Source: Lytechinus pictus (Eukaryota). Taken from it: 60,000 nt of DNA. The notes beneath the pieces were generated by a model. It worked only from the letters and a program-made list of their open reading frames with translations, made no database searches and was not told where the DNA came from. Shown in pieces: positions 1-12,079 of this stretch; position 1 is the stretch's first letter, and each line of letters opens with the position of its first letter. The translations under genes and the position numbers were made by a program. Where the stretch lies: positions 34,908,001 to 34,968,000 of the forward strand of contig NC_087251.1 of the NCBI RefSeq assembly GCF_037042905.1, written 5' to 3'.

Positions 1-216
1 ACACTCTGATTGGGAAGTAATTTGGTAGTTGATCCCTGTATGCTAGCTTTGGGAAATGTAGCTTTCCTCTATCGATGTCCAGTCTGGACTAACCAGAGAC
101 TTAGAAAAAAGAATTGGGACTTCTAACTTCTTGTCAGGCACTCAATGAAACTGAGAAGAAATGGAATAGAAATTGAATAGAGTATATCTTGAATCTTGAG
201 AAATCAAGTGAATTAA

Positions 217-373
217 GGGGAAATCAAATCAACAAAGCATGACGCAGAAAATTTCACAGAAAGTGCATATGAAATACAAAGTTATGCTTCAATTTTCAAA
301 CTAGTGTAATGCACAACTTCGGCTGTATGCAAAAGGAGGGATAGGATCCTTGGCCTCTGGGTTTCATTCACCT
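217..373. mobile_element. Degenerate short TTAA-flanked (Kolobok/T2-like) MITE
   Basis: ttaa|ggggaaatcaaatc ... gtttcattcacct|ttaa; the ends resemble those of the element at 57380-57833. Confidence 0.4.
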
Positions 374-441
374 TTAAATCATGAACTTTAATGGAAGTCA
401 ACTGACCTTCTGGCCCTTGGAAAGATCATACCCATCAATAA

Positions 442-600
442 TATGCTTTTCACATTGCATTTCCTTAACCCCGTACTATCCTTAACCCCGGACTATCCTT
501 AACCCCATACTATCTTTTTTTCGATTCACACTGTCTTTCTTAACCCCATACTATTGCTTAGCCGGGGTTAACGCCTTAACCCCGGGCAATAACATCCCTC
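442..600. mobile_element. Left end of a PIF/Harbinger-like non-autonomous element (family shared with 31185-31554)
   Basis: taa|TATGCTTTTCACA followed by 19-bp repeats (cttaaccccNNactatc); the block tactatccttaaccccggactatccttaaccccatac recurs at ~31203. Confidence 0.7.
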
Positions 601-3600
601 TTGCAGATAGCCAGATAAATAGCCACATGAATGCACTCAGTTCAAAACAGTTCATTGATCGAAAATTATAGAAACTGATGTGATGTCAACTTTACACAGC
701 TGTGTGGAACCTTTCTCTGGGTAATTTTAAAATGGAAAACGATACGAAAGCCTGTTGAAAGCCCATCTTCATCAGACACAACACAAATGAAAACAATGTG
801 CTGCTTTGCAAGTTGCATGGAGCAAGTTGCACACAAGCTTCAGCTGTGTAGATCATTTTAGATTGATAGCAATACTTGATTATTAAGGGGAAGTATTTTT
901 GCCATCAGTTAGGATTATATGAACTCTGGAGGCCAATCCATTGAGTAATGCACAATTATGCGACTTTTGAAATCCATTATTTTACTGAAATTGGATTTAA
1001 AACAACTTGCATTACATGAATTATGCATATGTTATGTCTATTCCCTGCTTGTATTCTCTTGTGTGCACAGAACTCAAGTGGGAGTGTTTTTACAAGAGAT
1101 TCATCACAAATACATTCATTCGACAGGATATAAGGAAACCATATGGTACTTTGCAGGCATACATATTATATTCCCCTGGCATGTTTTCCACCGTACATAT
1201 TCTCTTTTGCAAGTTGAAAAAACCTTGATTTGAAATTCTGCTGGTACCATACCTTTATCTCCCAACATCCGTGATGGCCGTCATTGTTTTATCCCTCTAT
1301 TTCGGAGCATTAGGACTATTTCTTTGTCTTGGTATTGATCGATAATCATCTTGGTATCGCGTTACGGGGGCTAGGCTAGGGCATAGAGCTGAAAATCCAA
1401 GCCAAGCCGGCGCGCAAGCATGAACAAATGCTCATCTCCCAGCCACTTGAAAGAGGACTTGATAAATCATCATTTTGCAAGATTTGCTCTAAGTAGCGGG
1501 TGCAGGGCTGTGGCCTGGAGCTTTCATTATGTTTTCAAGTGGGCAAATCAATTCTTGAGCTCCTTCTGCAGAGAGCAAATGGCGGTTTGGTAGGGAAGGC
1601 ATTTTACTTGGAACCTTTACATAATTGGTGTAGGTGAATGGTCGCCCTGCAAATCTAAGGATGACAGTTGTAATCAGATGAAATTTGAAATTAAAATGTT
1701 CCAGTTATTTATATTAGGATGAAATGCATTCAGAGTCCCTGTAAAAATTGAATATATGAAAAATGAATTATTATGATTGGATTAAACATAGAAGATAAAC
1801 AAATTGATTAACTATTGATCATCTTTTTACTAATTATTTTTTATTAAGTGATTAATCAAAATCATCTTAAATTGAGAATGAAATTAAGAAAAATACTACA
1901 TTTAATTGAAGCATTCTCTTCTTTGTTGTTATTGTGAAGTCAGGTTAAAAAAACTGCAACTACTCATTGTGAACAAGAATAGCCGTTTAGCCAGAAGACA
2001 AACTATTTTCAACCAACATCCTTCCCTTTTCAAAACGAACATCCTCTCTTTAAATTGAAAATCTCTCCATTTCAATGTTCTACGGCAATTGACGTGAAAA
2101 GAAAGGTATGATGATTGGAGATCGGTGATAGAAACAGTCTGTGATACCACGGTGTTGCCATGCCAACAAATTTAAACAGCTTCCTCGCATATCCTGCTGC
2201 GTAGTAATTAACTAACGAGGAGTCCTTAGGAGATGAGAGAGTCCTTCTTCAAAGTAAAGAGAAATTGGCAGGACTCTTCAAACAACACCGTCAGATTCTT
2301 GTCCTTCGTATGTAGTTCTACTTTTGTTGAAATCAACCAGGATGCTTATTTTTTCAAATAGGGACGAAATGAGCACATTCATATCTATAATTATCAGGTC
2401 AGAACAAGAAAGGGAGCTAGATGTTTTTATGCCTCAACGAGTGATATCGTTTTTAATAAGTGTATAAAAAGCTGTCACTCCTACAGTGTACGCCTCCTCT
2501 GCTCTTTCACTGCTCTTTCCCACCCTTTTCCCCATCCTTTCTCACTCTTTTTGTTTAAAGAGTGTAATATTTTTTTAACCTCAATTTGAATAACTGCTAA
2601 ATTAATATTTGAAACTCATTCATTTTTACTGAAGTAAAAGATGAACATTTGTTCAGTGTTGGCAGAAAGGAGGGAGCTTGTTATGAAATAGTATGCTCAC
2701 TTAATTCTTTTAGCATGTAATAAACATCTGACTTCCAGAAAGGTTGTACTCTTGATGTCAATGCAGTCTTCTTTGGTGGTGAATTCATCCATTTAAGGTG
2801 ATGGTGCTAATATTTAGCATGACTTGTGATTCAAGATTGACCAGTATATCTGCATGGATGCTACTCTCTATGGACATGTAACAATCTGGCAAGTCATTCA
2901 GATCTGGGAAGGCACAGGGATGCCATAACTGCTATATTATCCAGATCAAACACTGTCGCGGCCAGGCCAGCAAGAATATGAAACCATCATTCTCAATATG
3001 ATAATACCCTGTATTATTTCCACATTGAAACCTGAGCTCCACTCCATCTTTCCAGATACAAGACCAGTAACAACAAAAATATCAAGATTCCGGGTAATAG
3101 GATGTAGAGCTAGTTGTAATCTGCAAACCATTTTGATTCCTGCAATGGGGTGAAAAGGGTGAAATGATGGTGAAAAAAATATTATTTGATTTTTCAAAAT
3201 ACTTAAATAATATTTTTAAGTGTTAACTTTTTGGGGTGATTTGGTTATAGAATTATATTGAAAATTCCCATGGAGTGAGCTTTCAAAATAGAACAAGTGA
3301 AAGGATCTTGAAGGTAGACTATTGACCTGACCTATGAATTAAACTAGAGTAGTGAAACCGAAAAAAAACCCCAAAAATTTCTCTTATCCTTCTTTTCTGG
3401 GTGTAAAGCATGGGCCATGAGGGATTAGAAATTTGGAAATAGAGTGGGGGATTTTTCGAGGTCAGCCGTAAGGGGCTCCATCATGGTCGAGTTCACCAAA
3501 GGCTTTACCTAATGCGATCAGGGAGTGCTTTTGAGCAGTTTGGGGTATTGTACCCTCTACTATGCCATAGGTTTCTAGGCATCACTATTCTTGAAGCCAG

Positions 3601-4213
3601 TATTATCATGTACACTCTACATGCTAGTCTACATCACCCGTGAAAACAAGCCACTCTCACAGGTCACTGAAGGTGATATGCAAAGTTTATGCCTCCTTTG
3701 AAAATAAGTAAATCCTGGAAATTGTTTTATTTTTAGAAAGAGTATTGTAAATTTCCTACCTATAGGCCTATATATCTTTAATTGAAGCTAGCAGTTTTAT
3801 AAACCTTTCCTCCTCTAGCATTCAGTAGTTTCTAATTCCAAAGAGATTATATATGATTCATTTTGATGTCATCACACTATTCCTGCAATATCATGTAAAG
3901 GGTACTATTTCAAAGTAGAGGATTATTTTACAGTTTTGCAATAACAAAATTTCCATGTCAAAGGAGATGTACATGTATGCTGAACAATCAGGCTGTGAAA
4001 TAGAGCATAACATAATAGATTTAATGCACTCAACATGAGAATTGTCAAGAACCATATATCCTGCACATAAATAATGAACAATACACACACTCAACAAGTA
4101 ACTCAATGATATTGTATTTATGACTACATGTTGTCATTTATATATACATAAAATAATTTGTATAGCAATTTTTTTCATATCACCCCCCCATCTCTCTCCC
4201 CTCTATATCTTAG

Positions 4214-4228
4214 ATCCTGCAGCGCACG
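4214..4228 (+). CDS. Candidate 15-nt alternative microexon of NOVA (ILQRT), hypothetical
   Basis: A ~45-nt pyrimidine tract precedes tAG (4212-4213)|ATCCTGCAGCGCACG|GTTTGT. The length is a multiple of 3, it has no stop in phase 0, and that phase matches the phase-0 acceptor at 12080. There is no expression evidence. Confidence 0.4.
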
Positions 4229-4826
4229 GTTTGTCAATGTTCAAATATTGATAATTGGAAATCAAACTAATTATAGAATGTGATGATAGCAGTTCAATGT
4301 TTCCATCTGTAGCATTTCTTGTTGTGTGGGTATAACTATAAGGAATGATGTCCCATATGGTAGGGATAAAAAGGCTCAGACAGACAAGATCTTGAGTGCA
4401 ACCATCGACTTCCCTGGTAAATACACAAGATGTGTGCTCTACAGGAGTGTAACATCTGGTTGGTCGCTGGGGGACCTCTGAATCAACATAATTGGTTGTA
4501 ATCGGCTAACATTTAATGTCTCTGTGCTGTATAGAGTATGAATGGGTCTTGTCTTATAGCAACATGTCGGTACCAAGTGTGCCATGTATTTAGAAAATAT
4601 ATTAAAGATTGGGGTGCGGTGTTTGTATCTTTGTATAAAAGGTTGGATTGATCTGTTTAAACAAATGTACGCATTCAAATTTTAACAAGGCCATTTCAAG
4701 GAAGGGGAGTTTCCTTGACTACAAGTTAGGTCCTGTTTAAATCCCTGGCTGGGCCCCTTGATCTTCCACAGTGTCATAATACCCCCCCCCCCTCGCTTGC
4801 CCTCTCCTCCATCTGATGGGGTGTAA

Positions 4827-5206
4827 TACCCCTTTCATAAACCCATCCTCCAATAAGCCTCCTAAGAGTAATGCGAATAATTCAATAAAAATTGCGTTCA
4901 CAAACTCCGAAAATAATCCACACTATTTTTACGAGCGCCCGTCCTGAAAAAGGCGGATAATCGTCATGGCAACCGCACACACCCCCTCCGATGCGGTTGT
5001 GTTGGAAAAGGGTGACCTTGTGACCGCACCATGGCAATTATCCGCATTACTTTGAAATGCGTTCATAAAGTCAAAATCTGGTCCCGATGCCGCTATTATG
5101 CGGATAATTGCAGCATCAAAATAATGCGGATAACTCTAGTCCTCCTCCGATTTTACGACCAAATTATGCTGCTATTAGCCGCATAATTGGGTTTATGAAA
5201 GGGGTA
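4827..5206. mobile_element. Intact PIF/Harbinger (Tourist-like) MITE, 380 bp
   Basis: Perfect 19-bp TIR TACCCCTTTCATAAACCCA (4827-4845) / TGGGTTTATGAAAGGGGTA (5188-5206), TAA on both sides (4824-4826, 5207-5209), and internal repeated GCGGATAA-type motifs. Confidence 0.9.
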
Positions 5207-8200
5207 TAAGATGAACACACACAACCCCCTATACTATCTTGTTTGTGGACTTTCTTTTTCTGCACATTGTGTATCGAAAGGTTATCGCAAACATATGCAC
5301 ATCTAGAAATTGGAATGAGAATCCATCAGCAAATGTGTTTGTCTACATCATTATATTGCTTGTCTTTGAAATTGAAACCTGGGAGCTGCTCCACCCGGGT
5401 AATAATTTATTGGATATGTGTTTGTCTCTCCTAGATAATGATCTTTGCATAGTAATGTCATATAGACATGCTTTAGTCATTCAATTCATTTTGCATTTTT
5501 ATCTGATTCAGTTGAGAACCATGTTAGTATAGGCCTAATCTGTTGTCAAAAGTATACATCGAAGAACAAACTTGTTTTTATGTGTATTGGAAGAAAAAAT
5601 CTTTGGAATGTAAGACAATTGGTGTAGTTTGATCTTCATTTTTTGTTTCTTATTTGGACAAAATTGAAATAATAATATCATTTGTGAACAAAATTGTTCA
5701 TCTAAAATATGATAAAATATCTACAAGCCCCTATCCTCCAGAAAATCATGGCAAAGCCTTTTCTTTACCTTCAAAAATTATTAGAGGTTTCTTCTTTAGA
5801 CTAGAGAAGTAACATACATGTATGTTGGTAATGAGATGCCGACAGCTTCATAATAGGGAGACAGACAAGAGAATTGAGTCAGAAATGTTTTCTATTCAGG
5901 TTAACTACGCTTCATCATCAACACCTCCGGACTGGAAGCCTTAATTCAATCAGTTGATGAGTGCTGTGTGGGGTGTAGGTGAGGTCTCCCTAAACCACTG
6001 CTCCACACGTGTATTCCAGCAAGAAAATGAAGTAGTAATTTGATTTAGGAATGCAGGATTTGCCTAGCATTTAGCCACCAGGAAACCCTGGGCTTTTCGA
6101 CGAAGAAGAGCAGTCAGTACCCCCCCTCCACTTCCTTCACCGTTTCGTTGCTCTCGCTAGACCTTTCTTAATGCGCTGCTTAAGAACCAAGGGCATCTTG
6201 TGACCTGGTATGAGCTCATGATTATTCATGACTGGATTCATCTCATGGTTATTCATGAGAGATGATGTTATAGTTGAAGTGGGTTAGAATCCTATCATGT
6301 TGCTACATTCTACAAAAGCTTCTCAACTTTTTTTGTAGGACTTTGATATCCCACAAAGGATTTTTTTTAGCTGCTTCAGAAGATTTTCTGCCTGCATGTC
6401 TCAGTGAAAAGGGAAATAGGTAATGAGGCTAAAAACTACAACAACATTAGCATACAAGGAATAAAGGTGGTCGATGCCAAGACGTGATGCTGCTTCATCA
6501 ATATAAGGCCTATTTCTTTGAGCGTATATGTCTAGCAAATGAAGAAGTCCCAGGGCTTATCCATCTCTCACTATCTACCTGCTTTCCAATCTCCAGGCAT
6601 CCCTTTGCCATCTTCTCATTATTTTCTCTTCACACTTCGATTCTTATTCCCATTTTCACGATGACTCCCTCACATTTGGGATACCCTTTCTCCCTTCCGT
6701 AGAGCCCACAGTGATTATTAGACTTATTGGAAGTCAGCAGTTTGCCATTTCTGCTTTGCAGAAAGCAATAAACTCTCTGGGTTCTTTGGGTGTTCATAAA
6801 GTAGGTTCACATGATGCCCTTCGCTTCTTCATTAACTATTTATACTTTAATCTTTTTCTTGTTCGTAAAATGGTTGTGTAGGCCTAATATGTAGCAAACA
6901 TGCCAAATTGAATCTGCTGAGGCAGAGAGAAATTTGACTACGGCTATGTCTAACCAACACCTTTTTACCCTAGAATGTTGTTTGAAGGTTTACCTTGATG
7001 AATGGGGAGAAATTTGAGGGGAAATAGGTAAATTTTAAATTGTATTGTAGTTTCAACAGTTGTCATTATCGTTACAGTATTATGTAACCTGCATCACAAT
7101 GAAAAGATGTAGGCCTATTTGGTACCTAAAAACAATATACTGTAGTTGGGTGTTTATTACAGAAGATTCATTAGGGAATACACTTTTTAAGCACCTGGCA
7201 GATGGTGTCTCAAAGCCAAGTCATATATCATGCTGAAGTGTCTTCTATCAGAAAAGCTAGCCCCGATTTACGAGCAATTTGCTTAGAAGCTTCTGCAGCC
7301 AGGGGCCTGCTGTAATCAGCTGCGAACTATAAATTTTCATCAAGTGTCCAACGGCCTGTGATGGGCCTGGTGACACTGGCACCCTTCCTTCCTCCGTCAC
7401 TCCGTCTCCTTCGTATTGCGTTAGCGTAAACACCGAGTAATGAATTCGCGGATGCTTCGTGTGTTTCCCAGATTTACTGCTCGGCCTGTCAATTGCATGC
7501 AGATTTATTATGGCTCAATCTACTCTCGTAGATACACCATCTCATTAAATGTGGCTCATCGCGGGAGGTATACTATAGTGTCTATATCAGGGGTGTTTTT
7601 CAATGAATTTCTCCAATGAGTTTCAAATAGTTGTCCAGTCCCTCCATTGGATATCTATACTGGTCTTTCTACATTAATTATTGAGACGGTATATTCATTG
7701 AGAAAGGGATACTAGTTCTATGTAAACAAGAATAAATTGAGCAATCCCAAATGAGAAAATGTTTAAAGACCAATTTCATTTTATTCAAATCACTCCTATT
7801 AAGGAAGGGAGGGTGTACATGTAGTTTATCCGAGTGCACTTCCTCCTCCTGCCAATTAGAAAATATAATTTAGCTTTATCAGCATCAGTTTATCACAGGA
7901 AATATTGAACATTTCAGAGTTCACACAGGTCAATTGTGTATAAAGGCAATTGGGTTCGAATTTCTCACACCATTCGCGCACCCACAGGCAAGAGGTTCAA
8001 GTGCAGGAAAGTGCATTAACATCATCTGCAGAGATTTGCATCAGATTAGTCAATTTTGTGTTCAGCCATCGTGGCATTGGGACAAAGGAAGAATTCAACT
8101 CTCTGTTCACCAACGATTTGTCTGTTTATGATGATGAATTCCTGTTGTTTAGAATATGGTCCTTGTATCTCTAAAGGTGGGACAATGATAAATATGTAAT

Positions 8201-8252
8201 CATTGAACTTGATGTGTATTCCAGATGTCCCATCATGCACCATCCGTCAACA

Positions 8253-8415
8253 TTGGATTTGATCTAATTAAGTTTTAATAGAGTATGAAACACAGATTAA
8301 TTAATTTCTAGTTGCAGTTTGTGTTGTTTTCTTGTAGTATGTATGGATAGTTGATTGTTGGATTTGATCTAATTAAGTTCGAATAGAGCATGAAACACAT
8401 TGATTATTTGTAGTT
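8253..8415. repeat. Local diverged direct duplication (~60 bp, 105-bp offset)
   Basis: ttggatttgatctaattaagttttaatagagtatgaaacacag (8253) versus ttggatttgatctaattaagttcgaatagagcatgaaacacat (8358). Confidence 0.8.
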
Positions 8416-9995
8416 TCTGTCATAGTTTCATTGGATACTTGTTTGATAAATTATTAAACCTGTATGAAAAACTATGAATTAGGATCTGCATTGTTTTTAA
8501 GTTAAAAATAGAAATAATAGTGTTGAATTTAGAAATATAGCACTAGGGCAAAAACTAACATCAATAGTGGAAGCCAAGATTATTTTTCATTTTATTTTAT
8601 TATTTTTGGGGTAAAACATGATGTACATTTAGGAGATAATGGATTCCTCAACACTTCACTGCATTGTCATTAATTTGCTGTATATCAAGGAAGGAATGAC
8701 AAACAGTGACACAAAGAAACAACATGGCAAGTGTCACTTACCCTACAAGACAAGCAGAATTCTATTGAAGCCAAACATTGGATTGTAAGGCACACTCCTA
8801 TGTGCTGTTGCTAACCAAGCACGTCTAGGTGCTTTCGGAATTTGAATCCATCAATAGAAATGTAATTTATTTCTTTGACAAATTAAGTTACAGCCCAATA
8901 GATTGTTCCCTTCTTTCTCTTTCCCCATTCCAGGTCTGTTTTTATCCGATGGGTATCTATCTATCTAACCCCAGACCATGTTGGCCTAGAAATAGTACAG
9001 CGGTTATCCCTGCATGTATTTCTGGAAAACGTATTTGATTTTTGCATGGCCTAGCAAGGCCCAGATTCACAGAACTAAGTGGATTTAGGGCAATTGGGAC
9101 GGGATAAAATGCAATCTATTATCGAGAATCATGTTCAAATAGACAATCACGCTGATACCTCTTTTTTTTCTTTCTCTCCTGCATCTCCCAGATTGTAGTA
9201 TTGAGTTGAAGGCATGTTTATTTATGGAAACTGAAAGGAGAATATTTATAAATACATGTAGGCCTACATATCTTAACTGATCAAGTGTAAACATATCTAC
9301 ACTTTTAAATGCTTTGAAGTCTGTGTAGTGTTGTTCATGTTTCACATGGCAAGTGTCTGTGTAGTGGAAGAAATGTAGTTGAATTTATGAATGTTCTCAC
9401 AATAAAATGCAGCATATATTGCAGCTTTGCCATGTAGGGGAATCATGTTGATGACGAGACTTGAACGGAAGTACAGGTAGTTGCAGCAAGCGATAACTTT
9501 ATTATAAGTCTTTAAAATCAAGATTAATATATCAGCATAGACCTAGGTCTGGTTCATTAATTTAATGCTATCTCTGAGAAGTAATGAAATCTGAGCCAAA
9601 AATGATTACAGAGAAGATCACCAACACAGATAAGCACATGTGGGACAGTGTGTTATTGTTGCTTAGAGAAGGACTGGACATTTAAATGGCATGCCATGCT
9701 GATTTTGTTCATTTCTAAGCAATTGCACTTTTAAATAAAAACAAAAAACAAACACAGAATCCTTTGGTGCATATTTTTAATTTGGTAGTATTCATACAAA
9801 TACTTGGGAGATCATTTGTTGGATTCTGTCTAAATCATTTTTAGATTGTTTGTTACCACAGTACCTTTTTTTTTCTTTCCGGAATCAAATGAAAGGCAAA
9901 CTTGTAGCCTGAACTTATCAATTGTGCAAACAAAGAGTTTTTAACAGCCAGTGCTAGATTCATGGAAGAGAAAGTGATACAAGATATCATGAGCA

Positions 9996-10102
9996 GAGAA
10001 CCAGAAGGGCCCTTTTGCAGATCAAAGATATTCCGCGGAGAACCAGAAGGGCGCTATTACCATTGATCTTGTATGTACAGCATTAGTGCCTTTCTGGTTC
10101 TC
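9996..10102. repeat. Direct + inverted GAGAACCAGAAGGGC repeat fragment (probable transposon remnant)
   Basis: GAGAACCAGAAGGGC at 9996 and 10038; inverted copy GCCTTTCTGGTTCTC at 10088-10102. Confidence 0.6.
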
Positions 10103-12039
10103 ATCTGATGATATATACATACAGCTTGTGATTACATATCTAATCAGGACAGGGATCTATCGTTCTGATTGATTGGACTGAGGAAGAAAAATATGAGAAG
10201 AGTATTAAAGGAAGGAGTGTTTGCTTGAGCTAGTGAGCATGAAGATGATCATTTTTTCCCACTTTTAATTTGATAGCCCTAAGCATCGCTGAAAAGCCAA
10301 TTTCGGCAGCACAAGGCAGAGGGGCTGCCAGTGGCATGGCGTAATCAGAGAGACTACAAACACGCAAATCGTGAGGCAGCAAATGTACGAGATTAAGGTC
10401 ACAAAGTACAGGACATCGCAGGACCTGAGTGTAAAGCAGTGGAATGAGAGGGGGGGGGGGGGAAGGGGGTTGAAGAGATAAACAAATGATGCGTATTCAC
10501 ACCTCTGCCATCTGTTGTATACAGGGGAAAAAGTCTGTTGTTTACTGTTAGAATGACCCAAACTCAAATCCTTAACATTGGTTTACTGCCCTTCTTGCAA
10601 TCACAAATGGAGGGTGCAACTGGATCTCAAAGCCAATATCAACATTTAGGAGGGGAGAAATGAGAGATAGCATATTATTTTCAGAGTTTATTTAGATGAT
10701 GAGCAAATATAGTTAATAATAAATGAGCAAGGGAGGTGGAAAGAGGATTAGAGATGTGTGAAGGCCTGATTGGTGATGGTAATAAGCAATGATCAAGGAA
10801 CTTGAAGCTCAATGGTTAAAGAGATTGAATGAACATACCAACTCAAACTGAGAATACCAGGAATTTGTGGCAGTGTTTGCAAATTACTCATAACATTCAC
10901 AAAGTAGTATACCTGCCAAATATTAGCTACTCGTCAAAATTACAAGAACTTTCGTAGTGTTTTTTCCAAGGTTGATGGCATTATGGACGATGAAAATTCT
11001 GAGAAAATTGCTGGTGCTGTGTGATGCTTGTTTATTTTTGCTGAGCTAGTGATTTTTTAATTTTGCACTTCATCTGCTACTCAGATTATATTGCACGTGC
11101 TCATAACTTTGAGAACTTTCCTCAGAAATCAAAAGGGTTTGGTTTGGAACGAATCAGGAAAATAATTTGAGAATAATTATCAGGCTTTTATAAGCTACTG
11201 AAATCTTAGCTTAGGCTTAGCGCAAATTTGTCAGTGAAATTCACAGCAGACAAGCTGCTTGAAATGCTCCCCCGATTGGTTGCTGTATGTGCATGGTGAG
11301 CTGTAAAGGGCTCTAATTGATCTCCACAAATAAGATTCCCTGCCTCACTGCATTATGCACCTGCTAGAAGATGGATGGTAGAAGTGGATATTATTCACAT
11401 TACAGTCGTGTAACTGTACACCATTTTGCAGGTTACAAATACAATGCACTTTTCAGCCTCTTCTAACATGAATTACATGTACATAAAAATCTAAAATTTA
11501 GGATGTAAGTCATATTTAGTATTTCCAAATAAAATATGATAAAATGTAATGATTATATGTGATTGTAGTTGATAACCTGTGTATTAGAATCAGACACAAC
11601 AAAATCTAAGTTATCACAACAAGTTCTGTAATCATTCATCGCCACACAAAACCTCATTGTGAAGACTGCGTATGGATGACCAGATATTAATCTGAGGGAT
11701 ACTCAATTCTCAGTTATTCTCCTTCATCCATTTCCCACTTTCTCCTGCTTTTGTTATATTTGACAAGAGAGATTGTCCAAAGTCACACCAACCAAGATTT
11801 GTGACTGGTCTCCCAAGAGTTTTTGATGTGGTCAAGTAGCACCCTCCTTTACATTATTCACTATTCCTTTGATATATATTATCTTGGTCCATGTTATAGA
11901 TGTTGTAGCCATAATTATCTGATTATTTCCATCAGTCTTGTTTTGTGTAAGCTTATTTATTTATGATCTGGACATTTATGAGAATTTAATTGAATTTGTT
12001 TTTAAATTCCTGATGATATGTTTGGTTTAAGATTGATTG

Positions 12040-12079
12040 AACATTTTTTTCTTTCTCCCTTTTTTCTTGTATTCTGCAG
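12040..12079 (+). promoter_or_regulatory. 3' splice acceptor (polypyrimidine tract + CAG) of the NOVA terminal exon
   Basis: acatttttttctttctccctttttcttgtattctgcAG (AG 12078-12079) is immediately followed by the conserved VKLVVPNSTAG start of KH2. Confidence 0.92.

Larger units (their letters stand above)
1..12079 (+). other. Long last intron of NOVA (5' end outside the window)
   Basis: No KH1-coding exon is recognisable upstream in the window, and the segment ends in a canonical acceptor. Confidence 0.8.

Noticed and set aside
600..1380. Possible Harbinger transposase remnant downstream of the TIR at 442
   Set aside because: Manual translation of the minus strand and the listed ORFs showed no convincing DDE or HTH motifs.
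8992..9003. NSTA-coding 12-mer resembling the PNSTAG motif of the real exon
   Set aside because: The similarity is limited to about 4 codons with unrelated flanks, which is not enough for a duplicated or mutually exclusive exon.
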